DNA from: a virus
Strand: one strand, 5' to 3'
Length of the DNA stretch: 64,000 bases
IMG/VR virus record: IMGVR_UViG_3300032245_000484
Coordinates: 2,689 to 66,688 of that record
In this document: positions 1 to 7,828 of the stretch, piece by piece
Numbering within the stretch: position 1 is the stretch's first letter
Layout of the letters: each line of letters opens with the position of its first letter
Position numbers and translations under genes: made by a program
Notes under the pieces: model-generated
What the model saw: the letters and a program-made list of their open reading frames with translations, nothing else
Database searches by the model: none
Told to the model about the DNA's origin: nothing

Positions 1-23
1 CAACTCCGACTCGCAGACCATCA

Positions 24-51
24 AATATAGAATGTCCCCAAACGAAGTCAA
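24..51 (-). promoter_or_regulatory. sigma70-type promoter firing leftward out of the window
   Basis: Minus strand TTGACT (51-46), 16 nt spacer, TATATT (29-24); same geometry as the promoters at 121, 52300 and 63324. Confidence 0.55.
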
Positions 52-120
52 GCGGTTCGATCAAGTGAATCTTACTTCGTTGTGAATGATTTGATCCAAA
101 GGTTCTGAAGCAATGGGTTC

Positions 121-148
121 TTGACTCGTATACTATACGGAGTATGCT
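121..148 (+). promoter_or_regulatory. sigma70-type promoter, probably giving a leaderless mRNA
   Basis: TTGACT (121-126), 16 nt spacer, TATGCT (143-148); ATG at 155 lies 7 nt downstream. Confidence 0.6.
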
Positions 149-154
149 TGAGGC

Positions 155-322
155 ATGAACAGCGACTACGACGATTGGCTACACGACGAGACGCGCGATA
201 GAACCAAGGAGCCGTGGCTTCCATTGGGATGCTGGAGCATCTTCGCTTGCCTCTGCATCTTCTACGGGTGCATCCTGCTCTTCTCCACCTTCGCAAAGAT
301 CCTAAACTCATGGCTTGGATAA
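155..322 (+). CDS. small membrane protein, 55 aa (not in the ORF track)
   Basis: Translated by hand as MNSDYDDWLHDETRDRTKEPWLPLGCWSIFACLCIFYGCILLFSTFAKILNSWLG; one hydrophobic segment; sits directly behind a promoter. Confidence 0.6.
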   Translation: MNSDYDDWLHDETRDRTKEPWLPLGCWSIFACLCIFYGCILLFSTFAKILNSWLG

Positions 323-353
323 ATGATTCTTTTTCATTCGAAGAGAATCATTT
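321..353 (+). other. 13-bp stem-loop after the small ORF (possible terminator or processing site)
   Basis: AAATGATTCTTTT (321-333) pairs with AAGAGAATCATTT (341-353) with one G-U pair. Confidence 0.45.
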
Positions 354-375
354 CCGATGGTTTCCGATGCACCCT

Positions 376-382
376 CTAAATA
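376..382 (+). promoter_or_regulatory. T4-type late promoter variant (CTAAATA)
   Basis: Intergenic CTAAATA about 30 nt upstream of the ORF at 415. Confidence 0.4.
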
Positions 383-414
383 GTGTGTCGGGTTTGATCA
401 AGAAGTAATACTAG

Positions 415-804
415 ATGATCCTGGACCCCGCCAAACACGCCAAGTTGATCGACTTCGCCCATGCGAAGTGCCTTGAGATCCCCCGCCGCAAGAAGCATTG
501 CAGCGTGATCCTCTACAAGAACAAGATCGTCGCAGTCGGCATCAATAGATTCAAGACCCACCCGCTTGCAGTCAAGCACGGCTATCTCTTCGGTGAGGTG
601 CATTCGGAACTTGATGCCTTCCTCAAGTGCGAGAGGAAGGAAGGTCTTGAACTCTGGAACTTCCGCTTCAATACATTCGGTCAGATGCGTATGTCGCGTC
701 CCTGCCCCAAGTGCCTACCTTGGTGCGTGAAGGTCTTCGACCGAATCTGCTACACGATGGACGATGGCATCCATGAGTTCGACACAGTCATGATCAGCCA
801 TTGA
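415..804 (+). CDS. cytidine/dCMP deaminase-fold zinc protein
   Basis: HSE...SRPCPKC matches the HxE...PCxxC deaminase signature; also KHCSVI and VAVGIN motifs. Confidence 0.75.
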   Translation: MILDPAKHAKLIDFAHAKCLEIPRRKKHCSVILYKNKIVAVGINRFKTHPLAVKHGYLFGEVHSELDAFLKCERKEGLELWNFRFNTFGQMRMSRPCPKCLPWCVKVFDRICYTMDDGIHEFDTVMISH

Positions 805-2566
805 ACCTTGGTGGAGTATCCGCTCCCGTGCGGCTTGTCGTTGGTGCCGATGCAACCACGGTATTGTTGGTTTGCTGAACGGAGTTCGCAGTCGTATTCA
901 TGGTAGGAGCAGCCGCAGGTGCCGACTTCAATGCAGCATTAGTCGCTGCATTGGTTGAAATATCCGATCCTGTCGGAGTTGCCGGTAGGATGGGAGCAAC
1001 CGTATCAACGCCTCCTCCCTGTTTCGACCAGCCTTCGGCAGTCGTTGATTTTGATCCGAAGGTGAATGATCCGACTCCAGGAATGACCAGATCGTCGGCA
1101 TCAAGGGCATCCCAATCGCTACCAACCCTGCCGATGATGCCAGTATCCTTGTCAATGTAAGCATTCATTCCGTCTCTGACTTTTCCGTTGGCAATGGCAT
1201 TGCCGAATATCCCATACTTCTTGACAAGGCTTCTCAGCCTATCGGCAGTGAACACCTCGGGATATTTGTTGATTCCCATCTTGGTGCTGCTGAGTATGGA
1301 GTTGAAGTCATTGACCAATCCAAGGGCTTTTGCGGAATCGTCGGTGGAGTTTGCAATGGCGTTGGAGAAATCCGCGCTGTACTCTGCCATCGACCTTTCG
1401 ACTTCCATCATCTTCTTCTCACCGGCGGACTTGCCGCTTGCTTCGGCAGTGGACATCGTTCCTTTTGCCATTCCTGCCGCAACAATCTCATTTCCCGATA
1501 GCCCCTTTGCAAGTCTTCCGGTTTCCTTTCCTCCCTGAGTTTCGACGCGATATGTCGATTCGGAAATCCTGCCTCCGTTGCTTTCGGCAAATCCTTCCTT
1601 CGATATCCCCTCAAGTTGCTGCTTATTCAATCCAAGGTCTTTGGCTGTGCCGAACTTGGTATTTCCATCCTTATCCGTTATCTTGTAGATTTTCTCACCT
1701 TGCTCATTGGTGGCAGTTTTTGTGGCATAACCCTGTTCCATCACCTGTTTTGTTTCTGCATCCGCCTTCGCGCGATATTTGTCTGCCTCATTGCCGATCC
1801 ATTTTGCGATTGCTAGTCCCACCGCTCCACCCAGTAGTATTGCGACTGCGGGGAGGGCGATTGCTCCAAGGATAGGAAGGATTGCTGCTGCCGCTGTTCC
1901 TATCGCACCCAACACCAGATCGATGAGACCTGTCAGTCCTCCTGCCAGCCATCCCTTGACCGATCCAAGAAGATCCATCAGTCCACTGAACAACCCACCA
2001 CCTTCTTTTTTCTCTCCTGGCTTCTTTCCAAACAACTTCGTGAAGAAGTTTTCCTGCTTCTTCTCCATGCGGTCGGCATCCGCATCGTCTTCCTTTTCCT
2101 TTTCCTTAGCCCTCTCCTCTTCCTCAAGGGCATATGCACCTTCCTCGGAGGGGGTGATGACCTTCTGCTTGCCCTGATCCATCCTCTTGTTGGGATTCTC
2201 GACTTCATAGGTGGGAACTCCATCGACTCCCCACTTGTCCACTATGAGGTCTTTTAGATCTCCAAGCGCACCTAGATCCCTGCGTTTCTTCTCGCGGTCT
2301 TCAAACTCCTGCTTGGTGAGTTTCCTTCCCGTCTCATCACGACCTGTTTGCTCGTAGCGTTGCCGCCTCTTGAACTCAGCCCTTTCCTGCAATATGCCAG
2401 CACCAGGAATGGCACGAAGAAGCGGCGACTTTGCCAGCAGATTGGCTTGCATCGTCAGGATGCTTGCGGATATTGCCGTACCTACCGCTTCCTTGCGGCT
2501 CCACGGCTGAAACTCGCGCATCTGATACGATGAAGGTGCGTTTTGTCCTGGGTTGGGTAGTGCCAT
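794..2566 (-). CDS. tape measure / baseplate hub protein (gp29-like)
   Basis: 590 aa, helical and charged, with a long Gly/Ala hydrophobic stretch (GGLTGLIDLVLGAIG...LLGGAVGLAIAKW) and a low-complexity C-terminus; lies downstream of gp26/gp51. Confidence 0.55.
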   Translation of the reverse strand: MALPNPGQNAPSSYQMREFQPWSRKEAVGTAISASILTMQANLLAKSPLLRAIPGAGILQERAEFKRRQRYEQTGRDETGRKLTKQEFEDREKKRRDLGALGDLKDLIVDKWGVDGVPTYEVENPNKRMDQGKQKVITPSEEGAYALEEEERAKEKEKEDDADADRMEKKQENFFTKLFGKKPGEKKEGGGLFSGLMDLLGSVKGWLAGGLTGLIDLVLGAIGTAAAAILPILGAIALPAVAILLGGAVGLAIAKWIGNEADKYRAKADAETKQVMEQGYATKTATNEQGEKIYKITDKDGNTKFGTAKDLGLNKQQLEGISKEGFAESNGGRISESTYRVETQGGKETGRLAKGLSGNEIVAAGMAKGTMSTAEASGKSAGEKKMMEVERSMAEYSADFSNAIANSTDDSAKALGLVNDFNSILSSTKMGINKYPEVFTADRLRSLVKKYGIFGNAIANGKVRDGMNAYIDKDTGIIGRVGSDWDALDADDLVIPGVGSFTFGSKSTTAEGWSKQGGGVDTVAPILPATPTGSDISTNAATNAALKSAPAAAPTMNTTANSVQQTNNTVVASAPTTSRTGADTPPRFNG

Positions 2567-2569
2567 CTT

Positions 2570-2755
2570 TTATTTTCCTAGTTTCTGCTGCCTTAGCCGT
2601 TCATTCTCTTCCTTGATGTACTGCGAGAGGAGAGACAGATATATCTCTCTTTCCCAAGGTATCATGTTCTCCAACTCTGTCAGCGAATAATGGTAATGGT
2701 GCATCAGGGCAAAGTTCGTCCTGTAGTAGTTACCAAGATTGTCGTGACAGAGCAT
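2570..2755 (-). CDS. gp51: baseplate hub assembly protein (short gp51-like)
   Basis: NYYRTNFALM.H..YSLTELENMIPWEREIY is the conserved motif of the small ORF that follows gp26 in T4-like phages. Confidence 0.75.
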   Translation of the reverse strand: MLCHDNLGNYYRTNFALMHHYHYSLTELENMIPWEREIYLSLLSQYIKEENERLRQQKLGK

Positions 2756-3456
2756 CAGGTAAAAAAATCATTCATACCTCGGAAGTCCAGATTGTAGTCT
2801 TGCTTGCAACTTGAGCAGTTGCATACCATGTGCTTGGTCAACTGAGGTCTCTTTCGATAGAACTCCGCGATCTGCTCAAACTGAGTCGTGTTGAGAGATT
2901 CCACGAAATCCTTCAGTTCCTGTGTGGTGAAGTCCTTCCGCGTGTATGTCATGCTGTCATCGAAGACCACTTCAATAGCCCCGCAGATGTATTCCAACAT
3001 TCCATCCCCATTCAAGTCGGCTATGTTCTTCAGTGAATCATCGAACTGCGGATACTTCATGATCACTCCGATCTTATCGGTGAACATGATCTTGTTGGAG
3101 TGGTTTTCGGGAAACTCGACTTCGATGGTCTCAAGGTTCACCGGAACCTTGTTCTTTGCATCGCACTTCGGGCATATCGTGTTGACTTCGATGATCTCAC
3201 CCACGGACTTGGCTCGTATCCGCAGGAAGATGTACTCAAGATCGAACACGGGCAGCGTCTCTGGATTTTGGATTCCCTCGACACATTCGCGAATGATGGT
3301 ACACATCGCATTGAATATCTGCTTTTGGTCGTTGCTTTCCATCGCGCTGTACAGAACCTTCTGCTCCTTCATCAGGAACGGTCTGTATATGGTCTTCTTC
3401 TTGGAAGACGGGATGGTAAGGGGATACTTGGGGGTTACTATCGTCGGTAGTGGCAT
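2755..3456 (-). CDS. gp26: baseplate hub assembly chaperone
   Basis: MPLP.I.TP.Y...IPS....YRPFL.KE.K, FDLEYIFLRIRAKSVGE, two CxxC pairs, C-terminal DFF. Confidence 0.85.
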   Translation of the reverse strand: MPLPTIVTPKYPLTIPSSKKKTIYRPFLMKEQKVLYSAMESNDQKQIFNAMCTIIRECVEGIQNPETLPVFDLEYIFLRIRAKSVGEIIEVNTICPKCDAKNKVPVNLETIEVEFPENHSNKIMFTDKIGVIMKYPQFDDSLKNIADLNGDGMLEYICGAIEVVFDDSMTYTRKDFTTQELKDFVESLNTTQFEQIAEFYRKRPQLTKHMVCNCSSCKQDYNLDFRGMNDFFT

Positions 3457-3474
3457 GATGTCTCCATTGTATTG

Positions 3475-4281
3475 TTACCTATTCGAATCAAACATATTCG
3501 TGATCTGCTGCATCGCTTCTTCGGTAGTCCTGTCGAGAACCTGGTTGCCGAAGTACTGTTCGTTGAGTTGAGCCATGACCTGCGGCTTGGAACCTGGATA
3601 GATCGGTCTCCTAACAGGTGCCACGCTCATGGCGGGAACTTCTGGTGGCTTCTTCATGGTCGTATATCCGACAACCTGCGATTCGGAATATCCAAGAGTG
3701 ATGCTCACGGTTTCTATGGTATCGGAGGAATCGGTGGATAGTTCTATGTCACCGATGCTCTTTGCAAAGACATTGTACAGTTCGGTGCAATAGACATAGT
3801 TGTCCTCGCGATCCAACTGATATATCTTCATGGTAGTCATATAGGAGTCGGGGTAGTTTACATCGTGCGTATGGTGGGACATAGCCGTGTTCATCCATCG
3901 GTCGAAGAAGTCCCGTTCAAGCATGTCCTCTCCCACTCGGAAAGTGATCTGCAACTCGGTGGGATAGTTTACCTCATAGACCTGATCCTTCGCGGAACCG
4001 TATATCTTGGCAGCCTGGCTCATGAGCGATCTTCCGGGAATCGAAATGGTCTGGCAGTTCCTGTTCAGCCGTTCATTCAGACCCCAGAGCAGACCTTCTA
4101 TGATGAACGAGAATCGCGTAGGACGAGCATAGAAGCCAGAGTTATTCTGAATATGGGCGATCTGTCGCGAGATGTCGCTGGTGAGGAAATCCTTGTTCTT
4201 CGATCCATTTGTCTGAGTGGGAGTGGATGCATTTTCCGTCCGATTGCCGAAAAGCAAATCTTTGAAGTCTATGTCTGGCAT
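3475..4281 (-). CDS. baseplate-tail tube initiator / tube-fold protein (gp54-like)
   Basis: gp19-like motifs ARPTRF, C...SIPGRSL, ITF......ERDFFD.W, YQLDR, P/K.SIGDIEL. Confidence 0.7.
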   Translation of the reverse strand: MPDIDFKDLLFGNRTENASTPTQTNGSKNKDFLTSDISRQIAHIQNNSGFYARPTRFSFIIEGLLWGLNERLNRNCQTISIPGRSLMSQAAKIYGSAKDQVYEVNYPTELQITFRVGEDMLERDFFDRWMNTAMSHHTHDVNYPDSYMTTMKIYQLDREDNYVYCTELYNVFAKSIGDIELSTDSSDTIETVSITLGYSESQVVGYTTMKKPPEVPAMSVAPVRRPIYPGSKPQVMAQLNEQYFGNQVLDRTTEEAMQQITNMFDSNR

Positions 4282-4290
4282 GGGTTTTCG

Positions 4291-4989
4291 TTACCTCAGT
4301 TTCCTGATTTTCTTGTAGGAGTCACGCCACACTCTATTTGGTTTTCCGCCTATGAACTGATAGGTCGGGAGATACATCATCTTGATCCAGTTTTCCGGGG
4401 GTATGGTGAGTATCCTTCCCCGCACATTGTCATACTTGTATCTGCGAATACACACTCTTCCATATTTAGCCAATCCAGTCATGAGTTTCTTCATGTTCAA
4501 CCCGACGATTCTTGAGTTCTTGTCCTGTATCGACCCGCTCATCTTGGTGATCATGTGCATCATGAACAGTCTCCTGAGTTTTGGCTCAAGATAGTGCAGG
4601 TTGATGCCAAGGAACGATTCGGTCGAGTCGAGGTTGTCGATCATCCTAAGAACCAATGGGAACTTGTCCCAATATGGGAGATCCGACTCAGGTTCGTATG
4701 TGAAGGTATAGAGCGCACCTGCCCGCTTTCTTCCGTCATAGAAGTCTGACATGCTGTTGAGCAGCACTCGTTGCTTGGTCTTTGCGCTGAAAGGACTGGA
4801 TTTTGTGATTTCCTCGTACACTTCCAATGCATGTCTTTCGTACCACTCGAATGCATCTCGGGAATCATCTTCCTTTGGATTCTCCAGTTCCTCGTCCTTG
4901 ATGCTGTCCATCCTATCGAAGATCGACTGTAGGTCGAGGAGCGGCTGATTGTCTGCTTCGGTGGGCTTGGTTAGTATTCTTCGGATCAT
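4291..4989 (-). CDS. gp2: DNA end protector protein
   Basis: LPYWDKFPLV, FLGINLHYL, C.RRY motifs; start moved to the ATG at 4989, coupled to the gp4 stop (TGATG). Confidence 0.85.
   Translation of the reverse strand: MIRRILTKPTEADNQPLLDLQSIFDRMDSIKDEELENPKEDDSRDAFEWYERHALEVYEEITKSSPFSAKTKQRVLLNSMSDFYDGRKRAGALYTFTYEPESDLPYWDKFPLVLRMIDNLDSTESFLGINLHYLEPKLRRLFMMHMITKMSGSIQDKNSRIVGLNMKKLMTGLAKYGRVCIRRYKYDNVRGRILTIPPENWIKMMYLPTYQFIGGKPNRVWRDSYKKIRKLR
4463..4469 (-). promoter_or_regulatory. late promoter variant (CTAAATA) inside gp2, upstream of the gp54-like gene
   Basis: TATTTAG on the plus strand, about 180 nt upstream of the 4281 start. Confidence 0.35.
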
Positions 4990-5444
4990 CAGTTCTTTAT
5001 CCCAAGTTCGTTTTCGGTCAACACGATGAACTTCCACCCTCGGTCTTCTGCATATTTCTTGGCGGCTACCCATTTGTTCTGGTTCTTCACATACTCCATA
5101 GACTCATAGAGGTAACTCTTGGACTGCCGCTTGGGTTTCTTGGGGGGCTTGGTCTTCTTGGCTGGCTTGATCTCAACCAGATAGGTCTGCAACCTGTCTT
5201 CCTTCTCCCGAACCGTGATCCTGAAGTCTATGAAGTAGCGATGGTTCTTGCCATCGACCTCATACAGGTAGTTCACGACCGTGCTTTCACTCGACCACTC
5301 CACGATGGAATCCTTCAGATCGCAGTAGTCCATGAACTTCCGTTCCCAAGAACTCCTATAAATAACCTTTGTGGGATCTCCCCTGTACTTCTTGGGGTTC
5401 TTCGGCTTGAACAGACCTTGTAGGAACTTTTTCTCGGTAGCCAT
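4989..5444 (-). CDS. gp4: head completion nuclease (TnsA-like PD-(D/E)xK)
   Basis: F.PKNPKKY.GDP..IYRSSWE, WSSE, HRYFIDF, LVEIKP, N..KW.AA motifs. Confidence 0.92.
   Translation of the reverse strand: MATEKKFLQGLFKPKNPKKYRGDPTKVIYRSSWERKFMDYCDLKDSIVEWSSESTVVNYLYEVDGKNHRYFIDFRITVREKEDRLQTYLVEIKPAKKTKPPKKPKRQSKSYLYESMEYVKNQNKWVAAKKYAEDRGWKFIVLTENELGIKN
5357..5364 (+). promoter_or_regulatory. T4 consensus late promoter TATAAATA embedded in gp4, facing gp48
   Basis: Exact TATAAATA about 80 nt upstream of the gp48 start; there is no intergenic space for another promoter. Confidence 0.65.
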
Positions 5445-5446
5445 AT

Positions 5447-6955
5447 ATGCCCAACCAAACAGACAAGATTTACACTGAGAACTCTTCGACAGCAGTCGGA
5501 AGCAGAGACTATCCTCTTGTTGCGGCTATGGGCGACAACAGCCGTAGCAAGCCGTACATGAGGAATGAGAACTTCCAAGACCTCATCACAGCAAATACGC
5601 GAAGACCTGATGCATCCTATGATCTGTCGAGCATCGATCCGCAAGCACAGAATCAGTTTCTGGACATTCCATCATTTCTGTACTATCCACAGGATCTTGG
5701 AAGAAATCAGAGATATCACCACTTCATGACCTTCAATATCTATCAGGGTACATCCGATCAGACCAGACTTGTGCAGAGAAACATCAATCAGATGACAAGT
5801 GCTATGCTTGCCAAGGGCGGGGGTCTTCAGTTCGGAAGCCAGATCAAGGGCGATGGTGGCGTGGATGCCAACTATGTTGCCTTGACACAGGCTGGATTCA
5901 GCCCCGATCAGATACAGGAGTTCCTCAAGTCATTCGAAGGATCTAGTGCCGCACTTCGTGCTTTCGGAATCACTTCAGACGAAAGAATAAACTCGTTCGA
6001 ACAGGCATTGCAAGGAAAGATACAGAATCTGTTCAATGAAAGTCAGGCGAATGGATCCAATGTCCTCGGTGCCTTGTATGATACGGCAACGGGGTTTTTT
6101 GGAGATGCAGGAAAAGAGGCATTTGGCTATTTCGCAGAATTGCTACAGGCTACAAACAGAGACATGCTAGATCCCGCAAATCAGACGAAGAGGAACTTTG
6201 ATGAAGTCGGAGTATCCGGCAAGAAGGTGAATAGACAGAAATCGGAGCAGAACATACTGCTTGCAAATCGAAGATTCACATTTGCCAATGTCAAGTCTAA
6301 GGACACCATCTGTCTCTATATGCCATTGAAGTTCTCCATAAACGATCAGTTGGTGTATTCGGAGGAGGAAATGGCTGGTGCCAAGGGCGTGATGGATACA
6401 TTGATGGGCAAGCGCGGAGGATTCTCTGGCGTGTTTGAGAAGGCTGGCACGAAGACCATATCCGATATGGTTGACAAACTGGCAGCAAATATAAATCTTG
6501 AGAGTACGAACATACAGGCGGTGAGGAATGCTGCAACAAGAAGCGTCTCAAATCCACGCCGCGAGGTCATGTTCAAGGATGTGGGCATCCGTCAGCACTC
6601 GTTCTCGTTCGATTTCTATCCGAAGAACTCGGCTGAGGCACAGACGGTTCTGGACATCATCAAGTTGCTGAGATACCATGCATATCCTGGTCTTCGCGGA
6701 GGTGGCGGTCACTTCTTCACATTCCCTGCGGAGTTTGAGGTGACTTTCAACATGATCAGTCCTGAAGGAATCGTTCAGGTCAATGACAATCTCCCGAAGT
6801 TGGCTCGTCTTGCCCTACAGGCAGTCAGCGTGGATTATTCCGCAGCAGGAGACTACAAGACATTTCCTGATGGCAAGCCAGCATTCATCCACATGGATTT
6901 GCAGTTCCAGGAAATGGAACAACTCACAAACGAACACATCATCCACGGATACTGA
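5447..6955 (+). CDS. gp48: baseplate tail tube cap
   Basis: YP.DL near the N-terminus, I.LYMP, NPR.EVMFK...R..SFSF.F.PKN..EA, F..P.EF, L.FQE motifs. Confidence 0.8.
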   Translation: MPNQTDKIYTENSSTAVGSRDYPLVAAMGDNSRSKPYMRNENFQDLITANTRRPDASYDLSSIDPQAQNQFLDIPSFLYYPQDLGRNQRYHHFMTFNIYQGTSDQTRLVQRNINQMTSAMLAKGGGLQFGSQIKGDGGVDANYVALTQAGFSPDQIQEFLKSFEGSSAALRAFGITSDERINSFEQALQGKIQNLFNESQANGSNVLGALYDTATGFFGDAGKEAFGYFAELLQATNRDMLDPANQTKRNFDEVGVSGKKVNRQKSEQNILLANRRFTFANVKSKDTICLYMPLKFSINDQLVYSEEEMAGAKGVMDTLMGKRGGFSGVFEKAGTKTISDMVDKLAANINLESTNIQAVRNAATRSVSNPRREVMFKDVGIRQHSFSFDFYPKNSAEAQTVLDIIKLLRYHAYPGLRGGGGHFFTFPAEFEVTFNMISPEGIVQVNDNLPKLARLALQAVSVDYSAAGDYKTFPDGKPAFIHMDLQFQEMEQLTNEHIIHGY

Positions 6956-6958
6956 TTC

Positions 6959-7828
6959 ATGTACGACAAACTACCAAGAGTACGATATATCACGCCACAG
7001 GGATTTGTGGAAATGTCAGACATCACCACGACATTCAAGGTTCGTCAGAAGGCTATTGAAGACGGTGCATATCCATTGAATGTCTCTGTCCCTGAAAATG
7101 ACAGACCAGAAGTCTTCTCGGACAGGGTATACAATAGATCCGACATGCACTGGATGATCTTGAACATGAACAACATGGCGAACCCATATTACGATTGGGT
7201 GCTTAGTCCCGCCGCGTTCGACAATTTTGTGGAGGAGAAATATCCTGGCTATACTCTTTTCCTTCTTGATGTGAATGGTACAGATGCATTCGAGGGTTCT
7301 TTCCGCACAAATGACATCGTATTTGCCACAGGGGTGACCAATCCCGACGAGCAGCCATCGATTCAATCCTCGCTGAAGAATGCCCGCGTGGTTTCATATG
7401 ATCCCGCATATTGCCGTCTTGTCATGGAGTTCACCAAGAAGACCGAATGGCTTCCGCAGGAAGGTCAATACATTGCTGGTGCAAATACCAACAAGGTCGG
7501 AGAGATCACCTACTATGTCGCCAAGATTGGAAAGATTATCGAAAGCCAGTATGCTGCCCACCATTTTGAAAACTCGGATAGCGAACTGCTGAACCCAACG
7601 CTACCCGCATCTCTTCACAATGAGTTCATTGAAGAGGGAGACTTCGGATATACTTTCGGGGCGACTCCTCTGGGTAAATACATCCTTGAGGACTTCGGAG
7701 ACTACACGATCACCAATCGGGAATATGAGATTGGTGTGAACGACACACACAGGAACATCACGCTGGTTCCCATAAAGCACCTTGCAAACATAGATCGTGA
7801 CATAGGCACATTGCTGGCAAATGGCTAA
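6959..7828 (+). CDS. gp53: baseplate wedge subunit
   Basis: DRPE.FS..VY....HW.IL..N...NPYYDW (LysM-like), HHFE, TNREYE..ND..R.I motifs. Confidence 0.85.
   Translation: MYDKLPRVRYITPQGFVEMSDITTTFKVRQKAIEDGAYPLNVSVPENDRPEVFSDRVYNRSDMHWMILNMNNMANPYYDWVLSPAAFDNFVEEKYPGYTLFLLDVNGTDAFEGSFRTNDIVFATGVTNPDEQPSIQSSLKNARVVSYDPAYCRLVMEFTKKTEWLPQEGQYIAGANTNKVGEITYYVAKIGKIIESQYAAHHFENSDSELLNPTLPASLHNEFIEEGDFGYTFGATPLGKYILEDFGDYTITNREYEIGVNDTHRNITLVPIKHLANIDRDIGTLLANG

Noticed and set aside
72-408. Track ORFs 72-311 (-) and 214-408 (+)
   Set aside because: The 155-322 ORF fits the promoter and has a coherent TM segment; these alternatives have no supporting signals.
4990-5073. Longer N-termini in the track for gp2 (also for PAAR, the 52718, 54651, 57316 and 63343 ORFs)
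   Set aside because: The extensions overlap upstream genes or promoters; downstream ATGs at stop-start overlaps or behind an RBS fit the families better.
4989-5444. TnsA-like nuclease motif as a sign of a transposon
   Set aside because: It is the conserved T4 gp4 head completion protein in its usual context.
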